A DNA stretch of 64,000 nucleotides from Tubulanus polymorphus (lineage: Eukaryota > Animalia > Nemertea), in NCBI RefSeq assembly GCF_964204645.1, contig NC_134026.1, positions 29,360,150 to 29,424,149 of the forward strand, read 5' to 3'. Shown here one piece after another: positions 36,141-57,300 of the stretch (its first letter is position 1; each line of letters starts with the position of its first letter). The notes under the pieces are model-generated. The model saw only the letters and a list, made by a program, of their open reading frames with translations, did not search any database and was not told the DNA's origin. The translations under genes were made by a program, and so were the position numbers.

Positions 36141-39100
36141 ATTTTCACCTGAAAAACCCATCGTAATTTGAGCTGCAACACGATCTCTAAAAAGAGCTGT
36201 TTTTTTTTGTTTCATGAAGCTGTGAAAATTGATTCCACCCACAGGATAGAAGTAAGTGAAGGGTTCTTCGCTGAATCCTGTCATAAGAGCTCCCTCGCAG
36301 AATCAGTAGCCTTTGGGAACCTAGAACCTGGGTTTCACATTCGAACAACAATTTTGTCATTATTTTGTGATAGGAATATTTTGTGTAGTTTCGACCCCTG
36401 GGAGATGTCCTCTCTGACAAGCTAAATACAATATGCGCACGAGTATCTCGCTGCTCAATATCAGCAAACTTCAATTGAAATTTACATCACATCCCCGTGG
36501 AATGACTTCATTTCATTTATGTCTATTCGTTTAAGTCATGCTGGTAAATGGTGACGAATACCAGGTGCTTGTCTAATGAATTTAAAATTGATAATTTATA
36601 GCGCAGAAGTCACAATAATGATGAAGTCGGAACAAAAGGAATGGCGATCCTTCGGGACCCATGCTGACTAACCATAACATTACCAAGAAACCATGAATTT
36701 AGGAACTACGAAAATGATGTTTACAAAATTCGTTTGTTTGCTGAATCATTGCTTATTTATAAGAGAAGAGAATGTTTTTCATACGATTGTTTTTGTAGAA
36801 CTGGAGTATTCAGTCCCTTGATGTAAATGTTTAATGAACTTGAACGACACTCTCCCGGCTTTAAACTCATCTGCGCTAAGAGAGAATTTGAAATGAACGT
36901 ATGTTTCTTCAGTTCGCTTTTAAGGGATTTCAGTGACTAATGGGTCAAGGTCAGCAATAGAGCTGGAAAATAGAATATTTGGTCGGAAGAAAAAGAATGA
37001 TGAATTTTATATCGACCAAACGTCAAACTTCAACCGCTTGCATCCCTTTGGCCAGCCATCCTTTGCACGGATAATGGGTGTCTTGCTTTTTCCACTAGAA
37101 TGGGAATTATTTATCCGACTGTATGGTTAGTCGGTTGTTTGACGTATTCCGCGTAAATAATTTCGAATCTATTGAATTAAGAATCAGGACACGTCCCTCA
37201 GTGTCAGGTTATAAGGTTTTTCAAGTGTTTCTTTTCTATCACGGCGTTCAAAGGGACGGACGTGCTGTACTGCGCTTTAGTAGTTATCGAAGCAATCAAC
37301 TCTATGATCCAATACCCTACCACGTGACGAAAAATTGAGTAAATTCTCTGATCGTTGCATCCGATTTTGATTTCAAAAGATGTTTCATTCAGAAGAATCC
37401 GTTACGATCTTATTGTACCGATTATAAGTTCTTATCTATTTCCCGGGTCCGGTTTTTAGTTGCCGTTGATTATCTATAACCAATATCCTTGTTAACCGGG
37501 CCATGTTTTGAGGCTAGGAAACATGTTCCGTGGATCGCCCATCGACATTCCCAGTTCACCAATAAGAGACTTCAAAATATTCTCCATGTTATCTATGTAT
37601 GTACAAGGTGGAACATTTTTTCCTTCATGTGAGTAAATCTGACCAAACTCCATCAAAGAATATTTGAAAGAAATGAATGCGCTTAACGAAAAAGTTGTTC
37701 GAGATTAAAGTGAACGAATTTGATATCAATTTTACCGAAAGAAATATCTACAGTTCTACAACTATTTGACGATACTTCTACTGCAACGCATTTGTTTGAT
37801 ACACATGCAAGATAATGAAAATTTCTAAATTGTAGATATGAAACTGCGTTTTTCAATAGAATTTACCTAAATTGGTATTCAATTTACGGTTCTCCATCAC
37901 ATATTACGCATTTTCAAGGTTTGTTTGTTTACGAACACTTTTAATTGCGAGACATTTTAATTACTAGTTTAACTCACCTGCAGAGATTCGACAAAAAAAT
38001 TCAATAATAGTTACATCCACCACCGATTGAACAGGCACGCGCGGCTGTTTCTGCTCAGCCGGAATTTAAATCCAGTCTCACTGTGTGTGTGTGGTGGGTG
38101 GCTGCTCTATGATCGTCACATCCAAGTGACGTAGTGACGCAACCATATCACAGCCTTCACACCAGAGAATCTGATGCTGACAGAAAAATATTCGCTCCAA
38201 TGACAACAAATAGTAAAATAGTATTCAGCCAGTCAGTCCCCTATAAAATAAACATTCAAACGGCTTCCACTTTCGAAATATATTTTGTAAATGTTAGGGG
38301 GGAGTCGTAAAATAAGACACCGATTAATAAGCAAGAGGTCCTGATTAGGATATAATTCAAGTTTACTTAGGCCTGGAAGAATTACTTCCGTCACTTTGCA
38401 TTACCGGTAAGGAACTGTAACGACAGCGCTGGAAGTAATGCTTTTACTCATTCGAGCTATAATTAGAATCAGACTCATTCCGTTAAATTGGGAATATAGG
38501 ACTCAATGTAATTACGTGACAATCAAACTGATTAGGAAATGGTCAATGATCTGACGTGAATATGGACGATACCGAGGACTAAAGCCTTGTTTACAGTGTA
38601 TGTGCTGGGTGGTCTGAGTGGGATATTTCTTGTCTATTTGTATTGATACCCTTAGGCGTGCTAGACAACCCGATATTTCTGTGATGTCACGAACCCATAA
38701 AATTTCTAGAAATGTATGTTTATATCCCTACATTCACGACGGGTTTTCATCGCATTTTTTGCCAAATAACCGTAATAAAGTCAATAAGACATCAACTTGC
38801 CTGAGGGTTTCCGATGTTTGGCGTCAAATATTAACTTGTGTAAAGCAGGAATTTCCGGATGCACAGATCCGGAACAAGGAAGCTGAAGATATGTCATACA
38901 TCGCAAGGAGAGCGACCGGTTTTTACTATATCCAGTCACCTAAACACACTAACAACAACCAAATGCACCCCGTAAAAAAGTGGGTAATGCGTAAGATGAT
39001 CCGTGGTAAAACAGGTAATAGGCCTAATCGCTATGTACAATTGGTGGCTTTCCGAGTATAATCTGACAACCAACATCCGCATACGATTCGTACGAGGTTC

Positions 39101-39923
39101 TTGTTTCATCCACATTATCGCTACTTCAAATTACTTATTGAAAATATATCGCCTAACAGCTCATTCAGCGGATTCAATTTATTTTTCAATCATGACATGT
39201 TCGACTGCTATACGACAAAAAATCTTTGTTCTATTGAATCGTTTGAAGAAATCGCTGTTGTCACTGGTTCCGTCAGACGCAACACTGGTTGACAGGCAAT
39301 TAGAGCAAAGTTTCTATTCACACACAGAGAAATAAAATAGTTCGTCACACTATTTTTTGGTCGGTCTAAATTGATGTTTTTATGATTCCGGGTTTATCCA
39401 TCGTATGATTTTAGAACTAGATACTAGAAGAATGCATATTGTTATGAATGATTCTTAAACTTTATGAACTGGTCTATAGGGTATCTTATGTACGCGAATG
39501 TTGTCACGGTCGATGTTCTACATTAGATAAATGGTGTTAATGATCATTCGGTAAATCACCGAGGTAATGTCGACTATACGTGTTGAGGATTAATTATCAC
39601 TTTAGCGTCTCATGTGAAGCTGTCAAAACTATACAACACGAAGATTCATTCTAAGAAGAAAAAGATAGAGTCTTAATTTCACCGTATTTGAAAAGAGTTT
39701 TTATTTGATATTCTGTGCTCGTTTTACAACTCTGTCCCAACTCACTCGTAAAAACCGACCTCGTTGATATAAACCACGGTTTTACCTACACACTTACACG
39801 TTTACCCGCGGGGTTACAGGGATCAGGTGCAGTTAGAAATGCAACAGCCAGATAACGTGCTATCAAAACGCTGACATAACTCATGAAATAGTAAAAGTCC
39901 CGCAACCAAATCCAGCGTTTAGA

Positions 39924-40868
39924 TTATAAACGTATTTCGCTGGTTAAACGTCTGCCAATACATTTCAAGTTATTGAGATTTTCAGGACTAGAGTTCTGTA
40001 TCATTGAATTATTACAATCTACATCTGCGACTGTCATATCATATTCGGTCGAGTCTGATGACGAGAGACTTGAACTCGATTGTGAATAAGTCGCGGTGGT
40101 CGTGTATCTATACGTAATGGGTGTAATACTTATATGTAAAGATGGTTCCTGATTCCGTGTTGACTCAAAACGGTACGCGCTATTTCCGGAATCAAACTTC
40201 GTGTATTCGGCTGGTTTTTTCGTCGATGGTTTGTTCCCCACTGATGAATGATCAGAGATGCGCGGTGTTAGATTAACCGAATGACACATTGACAGAAACC
40301 CCGGTTTAGTTTTATCAGACACTAATTCGCTTAATGTATTGTTATCTGATTTGTTTGTTTCAGCTGAAGTAGCTCCGGATAAACGGATACCGTATCGTAA
40401 TGGCGGCCATTCTTCACCCGGTCGAAATAAACACGATGGTTTCCGTGACGTTTTTTCGATCTTATCCGGTTTTACTCCGATTTGAACTTTAGCCGTTGGC
40501 AAAATTAAATGGCCTTTTTGTTGCTTACATTTTACGGCAGATTTTGATTTCGTTGTTGCCATGATGTTCGTCGAAGTTTTAAAAATGTTTGGAGTTATTT
40601 TTGGAGCGATAGTTTCCTTGGCGCTGCTCGGAGGGGTAATGCCTGTAAGAGAACGCGGCTCTCCTCTACGCGCCCATTGATCGTACTGGTGATGAGAGAC
40701 GGTCACCTCTCTACTGAGTCTGGTAAAACTGCCGATACATTGCGATTCTGAATCTAATTCTGCCACATCCGAATGAGGTATTGATTTACGATTTTTCCAG
40801 TCGCGTAGTTCGTAGACGGAAAAACATCGGAACCCGTCACACATTCGTTTTTCTCTCACTTGGATCAT
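39924..40868 (-). CDS. Uncharacterised Ser/Thr/Lys-rich protein, 314 aa, single exon
   Basis: 945-bp ATG-initiated ORF in AT-rich DNA with raised GC; no domain recognised. Confidence 0.6.
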   Translation of the reverse strand: MIQVREKRMCDGFRCFSVYELRDWKNRKSIPHSDVAELDSESQCIGSFTRLSREVTVSHHQYDQWARRGEPRSLTGITPPSSAKETIAPKITPNIFKTSTNIMATTKSKSAVKCKQQKGHLILPTAKVQIGVKPDKIEKTSRKPSCLFRPGEEWPPLRYGIRLSGATSAETNKSDNNTLSELVSDKTKPGFLSMCHSVNLTPRISDHSSVGNKPSTKKPAEYTKFDSGNSAYRFESTRNQEPSLHISITPITYRYTTTATYSQSSSSLSSSDSTEYDMTVADVDCNNSMIQNSSPENLNNLKCIGRRLTSEIRL

Positions 40869-43557
40869 AATGAACTGGATGGAGTCGAATGAAATATTCC
40901 GAATCTATAGACAACAATCAAATCCAATCAGTCCGTGCTTTTAACGAAGTCAAACTTTCCAGCGGTGAAAACTCTGTAGTTTAACTAATGGATTTACTTG
41001 TAAAGTCCGAATAACAGTGTGTCCTTAGTGTACGGCTTTAGGTCGCTCACTTGCCATGCAATTTTACTTATAAACCTAGAAAAGTTCAAACGTGAAAGTA
41101 TATATTTATAAATATAATACACAAGAATACGTCATGTGAATCCGTCTAGTAAATGTCATTGTTCACAGACCTGCCTTCGATGCTTAACGTTTTTATTCTT
41201 CCATAAAAGAAAATTGCCTGTTTGTACTTTATACAACAAAACGTGTGCGTAATAATCAAACGTTGCTTGAATCGGACATTGACGTATTGTGGAATTTATA
41301 GAAAATAGCACAGCGGTAAAAAGCAGTCTTTAATTGACAACACAAACATATACATACCGTATCTACAAAGATCTTTTAAGAATAATATCCACCAGGCATA
41401 AATCTAGTCCAACATTTTCAAACCGACTTTTTCATCTAGACACTGACGCTTTTATTGCGAATTGTTAGTACGTAGTTTAGAAATAAAACGCATTACTGTG
41501 ATAACAGAGTTCGCCGCTACCAAGTATATGACTGCCTGTCTTACATCTCTCAACCTCCCGAGATTACTAACAATAGATGAAACGACACATTCATCTGAAA
41601 CAAAAGATTCTTTATTAATTCCGTTCCGATGATTTATCAATTATTGATGTTTATCTATTATGTTAACTTAATAATTCCGTGACAGTAAGAATCGCAATTT
41701 TATCGATACATCGATTAACACAGCAAACGCTGCCTGCCTGACTAGCGCGTTGAATATTCAGCGAACAGCGGTCCAATTCGCTCATTCTATCTTTAATTCG
41801 AAATGCATTCCTTCCATTTTCTATATGTCATATCCTTGAATGGGGCATACATCCCGATAGTCGTCGTTCATGCGGTTGAAATTGTAATATTTAGTCAGTT
41901 AAGCAACATAATTTATGCGGAGTCATCCGTAGATCAATTATATTCTAGTTACGAATAAATTCATGGCACGTATCAAATACATATCAATCTTGTTATTACA
42001 TAACACTTCGTTATTTTTCGTATTCAGTTATTCTCGAATATTCGTGATTTACGTAAAAACGTTAACGACCGTCGTGTTCTGCTAATCACGTCAGATAGAA
42101 CTGAACAGTATAAACTAACTACGAGTCGGATTACTAGGTTTCGAATTAAAAGCCCGCAGTATACAGGTATCAGCAAATCGTGCATTGTAATATTAAATCA
42201 GTGAAAAGAATGGAAACCAGTAAGGCCCAAGAGATGCATAACTTCAAGTCAGCGTATTTCCGTGTCGTTTTATTTCAATTTTAATCGTAATCCCATGAAA
42301 TAAATCATGATTTCATAAGAATAGTGCACGCACTGGTCACCACATTTCCTTCAGGTATTTTGGGCCAATTAATCTTCTGTATAACAAATCGGATAGTTTA
42401 AACATTTAATCTTTTGATTACGTGCGACTCACACGTTAACCGTTTAATATATATGTCTAGTATATAATAAAACTATATCACGACAGGATTCCAATCATAT
42501 CTAAATCCTAATTCAAATAGTTTGCACTGTATGACGTTTTGTATAAAGGAAATCAGCATTTAACGTTATGCACTGTAAATATTATGCTCGCAAAATTTGC
42601 ACAGGTAAGAATTACTTCTATTCATATTTGTATTTGCATAAAATAAAATAAAACGTTAGAATATCATTTAGAGAGAATAGTTGACATATTGATGCATTGG
42701 AAAACTCCATTATACATGATTAGGTTTTTTTCTAATTGGTCGAGCAGACAAAATCCTTCGAAACGATGAAACCGTACATTAATGAATACAGACGTTAAAT
42801 ATTCATGCGTTTGTGAATTATCAACACAAATTATCAATTGAATTTCTGTTGTTAAAAGAAACAAGTTACGCAAAATCGTCTGAACTTATGAATTAACAAC
42901 GTTCAGACGTGATCTGAATTCCCATGAATGTAAATTCATACATTTCTCGCATTATTAAATAATAAATATGATTTCTGTATGGAGTTAGTGGTGATTTATA
43001 AACATTGTGACATGCAACAAGTCCATTTTCTCATTTCAACAGCTCAGAGTTGATGAATTACACGCAATGTGATTGTTTACTGGCGAGTCACTGCGGAGAC
43101 TGTCGTATGGCACTATATCACATCGTTGTAAGAAGCTTGGATGTGTACAACTAACAGTGAACGATCAATTGAAGATCAATGAGATCAACGATTATGAAAT
43201 ATCTAATATTTTGGTAGTATATATCTGTTTTACTAGTTAAGGTATGTTCACTATTCAAGGAGTGCTTAAAGGATGATATCAGATTTGAGATCCTCATCTG
43301 TTTATGGTGAAGTTTGAATTGTAAGCGAAAGACAATTTTGCTACGAACGGTCGTAGCAATATTTCTAAAAACGTCGCAATGACCTTTTTAAGCGTACAAT
43401 CAATGGAAAAGTGATTTCTGACATTTCTACCTAAACCAGTGATTCAAGACACTATTATTTGTACTATAATATGTTCGTTGTCTAGAGGTAGATATTTACA
43501 GCTATGAACTTCCGTTGACCACTGGGGTTGATATATGGACGTATGTAATTAACAACC

Positions 43558-44942
43558 ATGAGACCAGTTCTAGGCCGAAAACTACCGATTCTACAAATCA
43601 ACAACGGGTATAGAGTTCGCGAATATAACGAAGGTAAAACTGGAAGTATTTTGATCGATTCACCGAAGGACGAATTTAGTTTAACGCGTAGTGAATTATT
43701 GAAATATCATTCACGTCACAGAGGTCACGTGAGTTTAAGCGATGATAAGTTACCGTCAATTCCTTTTAGATATAAGAAATTTGCGTCTAAACAGCGTCAT
43801 AGTTTACCGATATTACCGGCTCTAGATAGCGCGCCGCAGTTAGCCCCCGTTCAAGCTATACGTATTTTACCGGGTGTAAATCCAGTTACACGAGCGGAAC
43901 ATAAAACATTTTGGCAACATCACCTGTCGGCTATGAGGCGAGGATCTGAAAACACGTGGAACACGGGTTTGACGAGTCGTCGTCAGTCGACGGTCGATTG
44001 GGATAAAAAAGCACATTCAGTTAACACCGACAGAAGGGAGTCCGTCGATACAGAATCAGTCGATAACGATAGGAAAATCATTTCGGAGAATGATTCAAAA
44101 CGATTTGAGAATAACAACGGATTTATGAATAAAGCTGTCAATGACGTCACTGATGTTAAAAATGTGTCCATAAAAACTGTTACCCCAGTTGAACAGCCTA
44201 TAACGACTAATGAAGATGACGATGAATCTGTAAGCGATGTAGATGGCGATGATAACGATGACGGAAATGATGATACGATGTCATCATTTTTTCTGATCGG
44301 TCATGCGAACCGGACCCGACCAGAGACCCTTTTTACTATACACCTCGAACTAAACGAGGTATCTATCTGACATATATACACGATTCTGTGCGTAGCCCTG
44401 GTAAACTGTGTGATACAGATAGAGAATGGTATGAGAGGTTTGTTGAGGATTTGTCTGATCAGGCGGTCATTGATGCGTCTACTTATGAGAATTTTGCTCG
44501 AATACAACCGAATTACGAATGCGAACTGAATAATAAGTTACCGCAACCACCTCTGTTTATTCCACTCGGTAACGATAGAACTAATAGAACCACTGTCCCG
44601 AAACCTTTCAGTTTCTCTACCGATCAACCACGAGCCGAAAGAAATAAACTTATCTCAACAACAACTCCGGTTATATTCACGAGAAAGAGTAGTTTCTACA
44701 AAAGCGAATCTTTGTCGAATCTGGGTGGTGGCAGCGGTCGCGCTTCTAGGTCTAGTTGTTTCCCGGTATTCGGTGGAGCCATGGACTCCCCTGTCAGAAA
44801 GTTTGGACAAATCGCAAAAACGCGTCTGAAAACGTCGTCAAAAACGACTAAACTTATTCCAAAATCAAACCGAAGCGATAGTTCGGTGACGTCATCGGAG
44901 AGTGGCTCGTCTGTTGAAAATGACAAACTAGAAAAGCAATAG
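43558..44942 (+). CDS. Uncharacterised protein of about 460 aa, split by an apparent 1-nt frameshift near 44274
   Basis: ORF 43558-44370 and a second frame that is open from 44274 to 44942 overlap by about 100 nt; GAT GAT AC GAT GTC would read DDDDV with one extra base. No domain recognised. Confidence 0.6.
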
Positions 44943-45777
44943 AAAATGTCACGTGGATTTCAAGCACGTACATTTTTGTCGAAAAAATGCAAATAACATC
45001 ATTATGCAAATTTATGGTTAGTGTTTTATTTTAGGTATAAGTGTGTACGTTGAAGGAAATTAGCATAGTTTCTGAAAATGAACAGCTTGTGCCAAGTAAG
45101 ACTATATCGTCTGATAAATAGGTTTATTATTCATATCGAACACTCGTCGAAGTATCTCACTGCAGAACGATGTAATTAATTCGATTTTTCAACGATATTC
45201 AAGTATAAAAATTTGCAACACAAAAATCATATTCTACGTTTCAACAAGCATATTTCATATGTTTTGATAACTGTATGAATAAATGATGTTTTCTTTGATA
45301 AAATACGTTTCCTTTTTTTTAATATTCATGTAATTTTGAAGATCGTGTACTTTATAGCTCATGCAGAATAAAGGGGCACTTTAAAGCCGGTATTGTTAAT
45401 GTGGGCGAGATGACATTGACGTCATATTTACCTAACAAGACAAGTTTGTTTATGTAAATGAGAAGTAACATCATTGAAAGTCAATATGTTACTTCCAAAC
45501 CGATAAAACTCAGTGTGATAGTCACTACTTAGTCAGGACAGTCGCATCACTACCTTCTATCGGGATAGAAAACTTACGATAACTACAAAGGTAAAACCAT
45601 TAAAATTATCTTTAATCGTTCGTAATATGTTTGTTGAACTATAATTTATAATGCGTTACGCTATTTTAAAACTCTTACTAATTTGTTGAACTTCTTACTT
45701 TATTGTTCTAAAAAGACGTTTGTTGATTGTAAAATGTTAAAAGATGTAATTATTCTTTAATTCAAAAAATAGCGAAA

Positions 45778-46378
45778 ATGAAGAACCTTGTTGCCATTTT
45801 AGCGATATGCTTTGTCTACATCCAAACAGGTAGGAAAAGGGAAATTCCCTTCGCGTTAATACTTATCCGTATCAAGCGTCTTTATCATTTTTATAACTAT
45901 TCGATACTGCATTTCCCTTCATAGATGTTAATGGTGAGATTGATCTCCATTCTATTGAAATCGACGAGTAAGTTATCAATTATTTAGCTTCCCGTTATAT
46001 CAAAAGGCATTTCGAAGTTGATGGCACCATTTGAAGAAATTGCGTCGTGTGATCCTGTTTTTTTTCTCTCCCTAGTACAAGAGGTAAAAAAGTTTTATTC
46101 CTGATTTCAGGTTCAACATCTTACCGACTAACTGCACAACAATAGATGAATGCCAAGAAGTCTACCAATCGGAATGTTTCCGTGATGACCACGACGCAAA
46201 TGTTGGATCATGCTACATCTTCGACAAAGAGGATCGAGATAATGTCACTCTTCGTACATTAATGGAAGAAAGCAGGTGTGTTCCAACACTTATGCAATGT
46301 CGAAGCAAGTGGCCAGTCCTGTGCATCCAAGGCAGGTGCGGATTCCTCAATGAGCCACTTAGATTGGAGGATGATTAA
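45778..46378 (+). CDS. Small secreted cysteine-rich protein, 120 aa. Exons 45778-45829, 45925-45967, 46111-46378
   Basis: AAAATG start, signal peptide MKNLVAILAICFVYIQTDVNG, two in-phase GT-AG introns, third exon open for 88 codons with 8 Cys. Not in the ORF track. Confidence 0.72.
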
Positions 46379-46821
46379 ACTGATTCATTTACTATGTTAT
46401 GTATTAATCGAGTCATGTATCGCTTGCGAGCCAAATGAACAACAAAATCTATTTTTCAATTCGATCAGAAATTATTAGCCTAAAAATATAAATGTCCATA
46501 TTATTTTAGATAGTTCAAAGGACTGTAGAAATTAGCGGATTTATACTTGTTGAAATTCAAAAAATTCACTTATTACTTATGCTTTGCTTGTTACCTTTAG
46601 AACGATAAGTGTAAATAATGCCTTGCTTATTTGTCTGATCAATATAATTATTCACAGAAATACTTTAGTTCACGAAGACAATTAATCAAAAAATAAAATT
46701 GCCTATGTTGAATATTTTGACTTGTTTGTCAATTTTTTTGAGTTAAGTTTCCACTCTCGAACTCCGCGGCCAAAATGGTTACATTTGCGAGAATGAATTT
46801 TGTTCGAGGTCTTGTCTCTCT

Positions 46822-46971
46822 GGACCAGTAGCTTGTTTGCACAGTGATGGCTTAGATTTTAAGTCAGTCTAAGACCAATTTTGTTCCATACCAAATCTAA
46901 CAACCTACGAGTACGTTGTCTTAAAAGCTAAGACCCGTTTTGGATTTAGTCACGACTGTGCAACTGGATCC
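46822..46971. mobile_element. MITE-like element, same family as 24424-24521
   Basis: Ends GGACCAGT..TTGCACAGT and ACTGTGCAACTGGATCC; internal blocks also shared with 63155-63216. Confidence 0.6.
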
Positions 46972-48264
46972 AGGAATTTCATAAAGGCCAGTTATCTCAA
47001 GAGAAATTCTTCCAAAATTTTTGAACCGGGCCTGCAGCATATTCGACTATACCGCCGAGGAAGGTACTGCATGTAGTATGCGGCCAGTGTGGTCAAAACA
47101 GTGACCAGCGACTTTTCGTTTCCAAGGAGAGGCAATAATTCAGTTCATCCGTTATCCGATAAAGACACACAAAAAAACTTACACAATTGTTCAGGGGAAA
47201 CTAAAGGACATTCAGGGGGTTTCGACATACGAACCAACACATCGCTAATAGGCATTTCGAAATAAGTTCCTATTCGTCAAATGCTTAAATCAACAATAAC
47301 CAAAAACGAACGTTTCAATATTGTACACTATTTATTTCATACAATCTTACAATATATACATACATAAATTAGAATATAATTTACATAAATTTACATTATT
47401 AAATAGACATTAAGTGTTAAGATATGACTGACCAGACTTTGAATACATTATAACAGACAACCTGAAACTTGCTAAGTCTAATACTGAGGTACATGAGATA
47501 AAAGTGGAAAGAAAATACTGTGGAATCTCATTACAACAACCTCAGATATAACGATTCATTGTTATTACATGTATAAAGCTAAAATAGGACAATCTTAATA
47601 ATTTCATGCTGAAGTTCGTTGTAACGAGGTTCCACAGGAGTAGGGCAAGAATTTGTACTCGTTACATAAATATAGTAAGTAGAGTTAAAGTCGAGACGTC
47701 GACCAACAGATATTCATGGAGATACCAGGCTACTGTAGAAAATTTCAAGCTTAAAAGCAAAAATCATCGAGGAGTAGCTGACAAATTCAATTACCGGGTA
47801 TCAATCATTAAAATACTATCAACAAAGTAATTACGCCTGCAATTAAAATGATTTAACCATGCTAATCAAAACATTTCATCATCAATAAATTCAGAAAAAA
47901 CTTAATGATGACAGTACACAATGTGCATACCATAATCAATTAAAATACACCGATTAAAATACACTGATAATAACTTGAAGCCATGCTTAGAATATAGGAC
48001 CCAGATCTGCAGTTGTTGGTGAAGAATTGAAATTAGTTTTTTCCAATGTCATGAGTCGAATCAAGAGTCAGATGTCAATCGAGATCTGGGTCAAGTAGAT
48101 GATGTATTAACTTAACTATAGATGATTTTCCAAGTTATATTTTAAGTATAGTATTTCTAGTATATTCAAATTAGTCCCAACAATAAAATAGAGTTCATTT
48201 CACAATTCTGCAGTAATATCACACACGTACATGTATTATTTCAGTCTATCACGAATGAATTTTG

Positions 48265-55954
<7,690 letters not shown>

Positions 55955-57300
55955 TTTTCATCAACCTACAAAAATTAGCTCAATTTAGATTTCTATTATG
56001 CAGTTGGGTTAAATTTTCAGTTGGGCCCGGGGGGAATACCAGCCAGTGGAATTTTAAAGTGTGTCACTGACTTCAAACTGTTGAAGGCGGGCAGTTGGAA
56101 GAATTCATTCATTCAATTTCAGGTTGTGTCGTGGTGGACTGGACACACTGGCAACTGTGAACTGGTGCTGAGGTGGTTTGTTGATGACTTTTGATACATC
56201 GTCATCATCTCATCATACGGATCGGATAGGTCGTAATTATTGTGTTGAATGTTGTGTAATCGTTAACTTATTATTTGTAAGCTTCAGATCTAAAATATGT
56301 ACAATAAAAAAACCTTATCTCTAACCTTCCAGTCTTCTCAAGCATCGAGGAAAATCAAAAGAAATGGAATTAATCATACATGTTAATCGCATGTCACTAT
56401 TCAACGCAATGCATGTAACATGGCGGACTTGTCGGTTTACCAATACCTAACGTTTGTATGTAGTCGATACCCGCAGTTAGATGATAAGAGTCTTGCGGGC
56501 CGCACGCCATCAAACGAACCCGGCACGCGCGCTCCCGTGCCAGCCACGAGCGAGAGTGAATGGAATGTTAAATATTTTCATTATGGTTAAAAATGCACGC
56601 AGGTCTATTGGAAAATGATTTCAGAATTTTCACCCAGGCCAGTGTTCTATTCAAAGCACAAATTTCTTTGATGACCATCACTGACCACCACTGACAAATT
56701 TAAACTTCTCGAATATGAGAACGATATATCGCGTTTTGTGTCAGACTAAAATGATTCACCATTGCAAATTTATAAATTAACCACGCTGACCAATTCAAAC
56801 TTTTCGAATTTGAGAGATTTGATTTCGAATTCAGTAAGACTGGGCAACATTTCAAACATTTCGAAATAATATACAGCTAAAGATGGTCATGAAAATTATA
56901 GGAAGTAGTCTGCAGCGGGCACTTGGCGGAGTTGGCAATCACCATTTCCCATTTTTGGCCATTAATTGCTTTGTCAATGGTACTTGATGATCAGACATGA
57001 TTACTTACTAATGTTTCCTTTTCACAATACAACCCCGACGATTCCCCTTGGCGTAAATCAATGTGACTAATTTTAAAGATAAATAGCGAAAACAGCCGTA
57101 CAGCCGTACAGCCGTAGTCGATATCGCTTGCGAAAAGTGCAGATGCAATAAAAGTACTACTCCAGAGTTATCGTTTGATATTTGATTAATCGCTTATTTT
57201 TTCGTCTGTATTTGATCTGATAATCAGTTCTATATATAAATTCACTGGGTGGATAAGATGCACGGTAGTTTGGGTTTCATACACTTCGGTGGCTGATAAA

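Noticed and set aside
38618-39335. 147-aa and 110-aa + strand ORFs
   Set aside because: GTG starts, no domain or coding-like composition.
46076-46083. Possible 8-nt microexon or alternative acceptor in the Cys-rich gene
   Set aside because: The downstream intron would be only 27 nt, and using the acceptor shifts the frame to an early stop.
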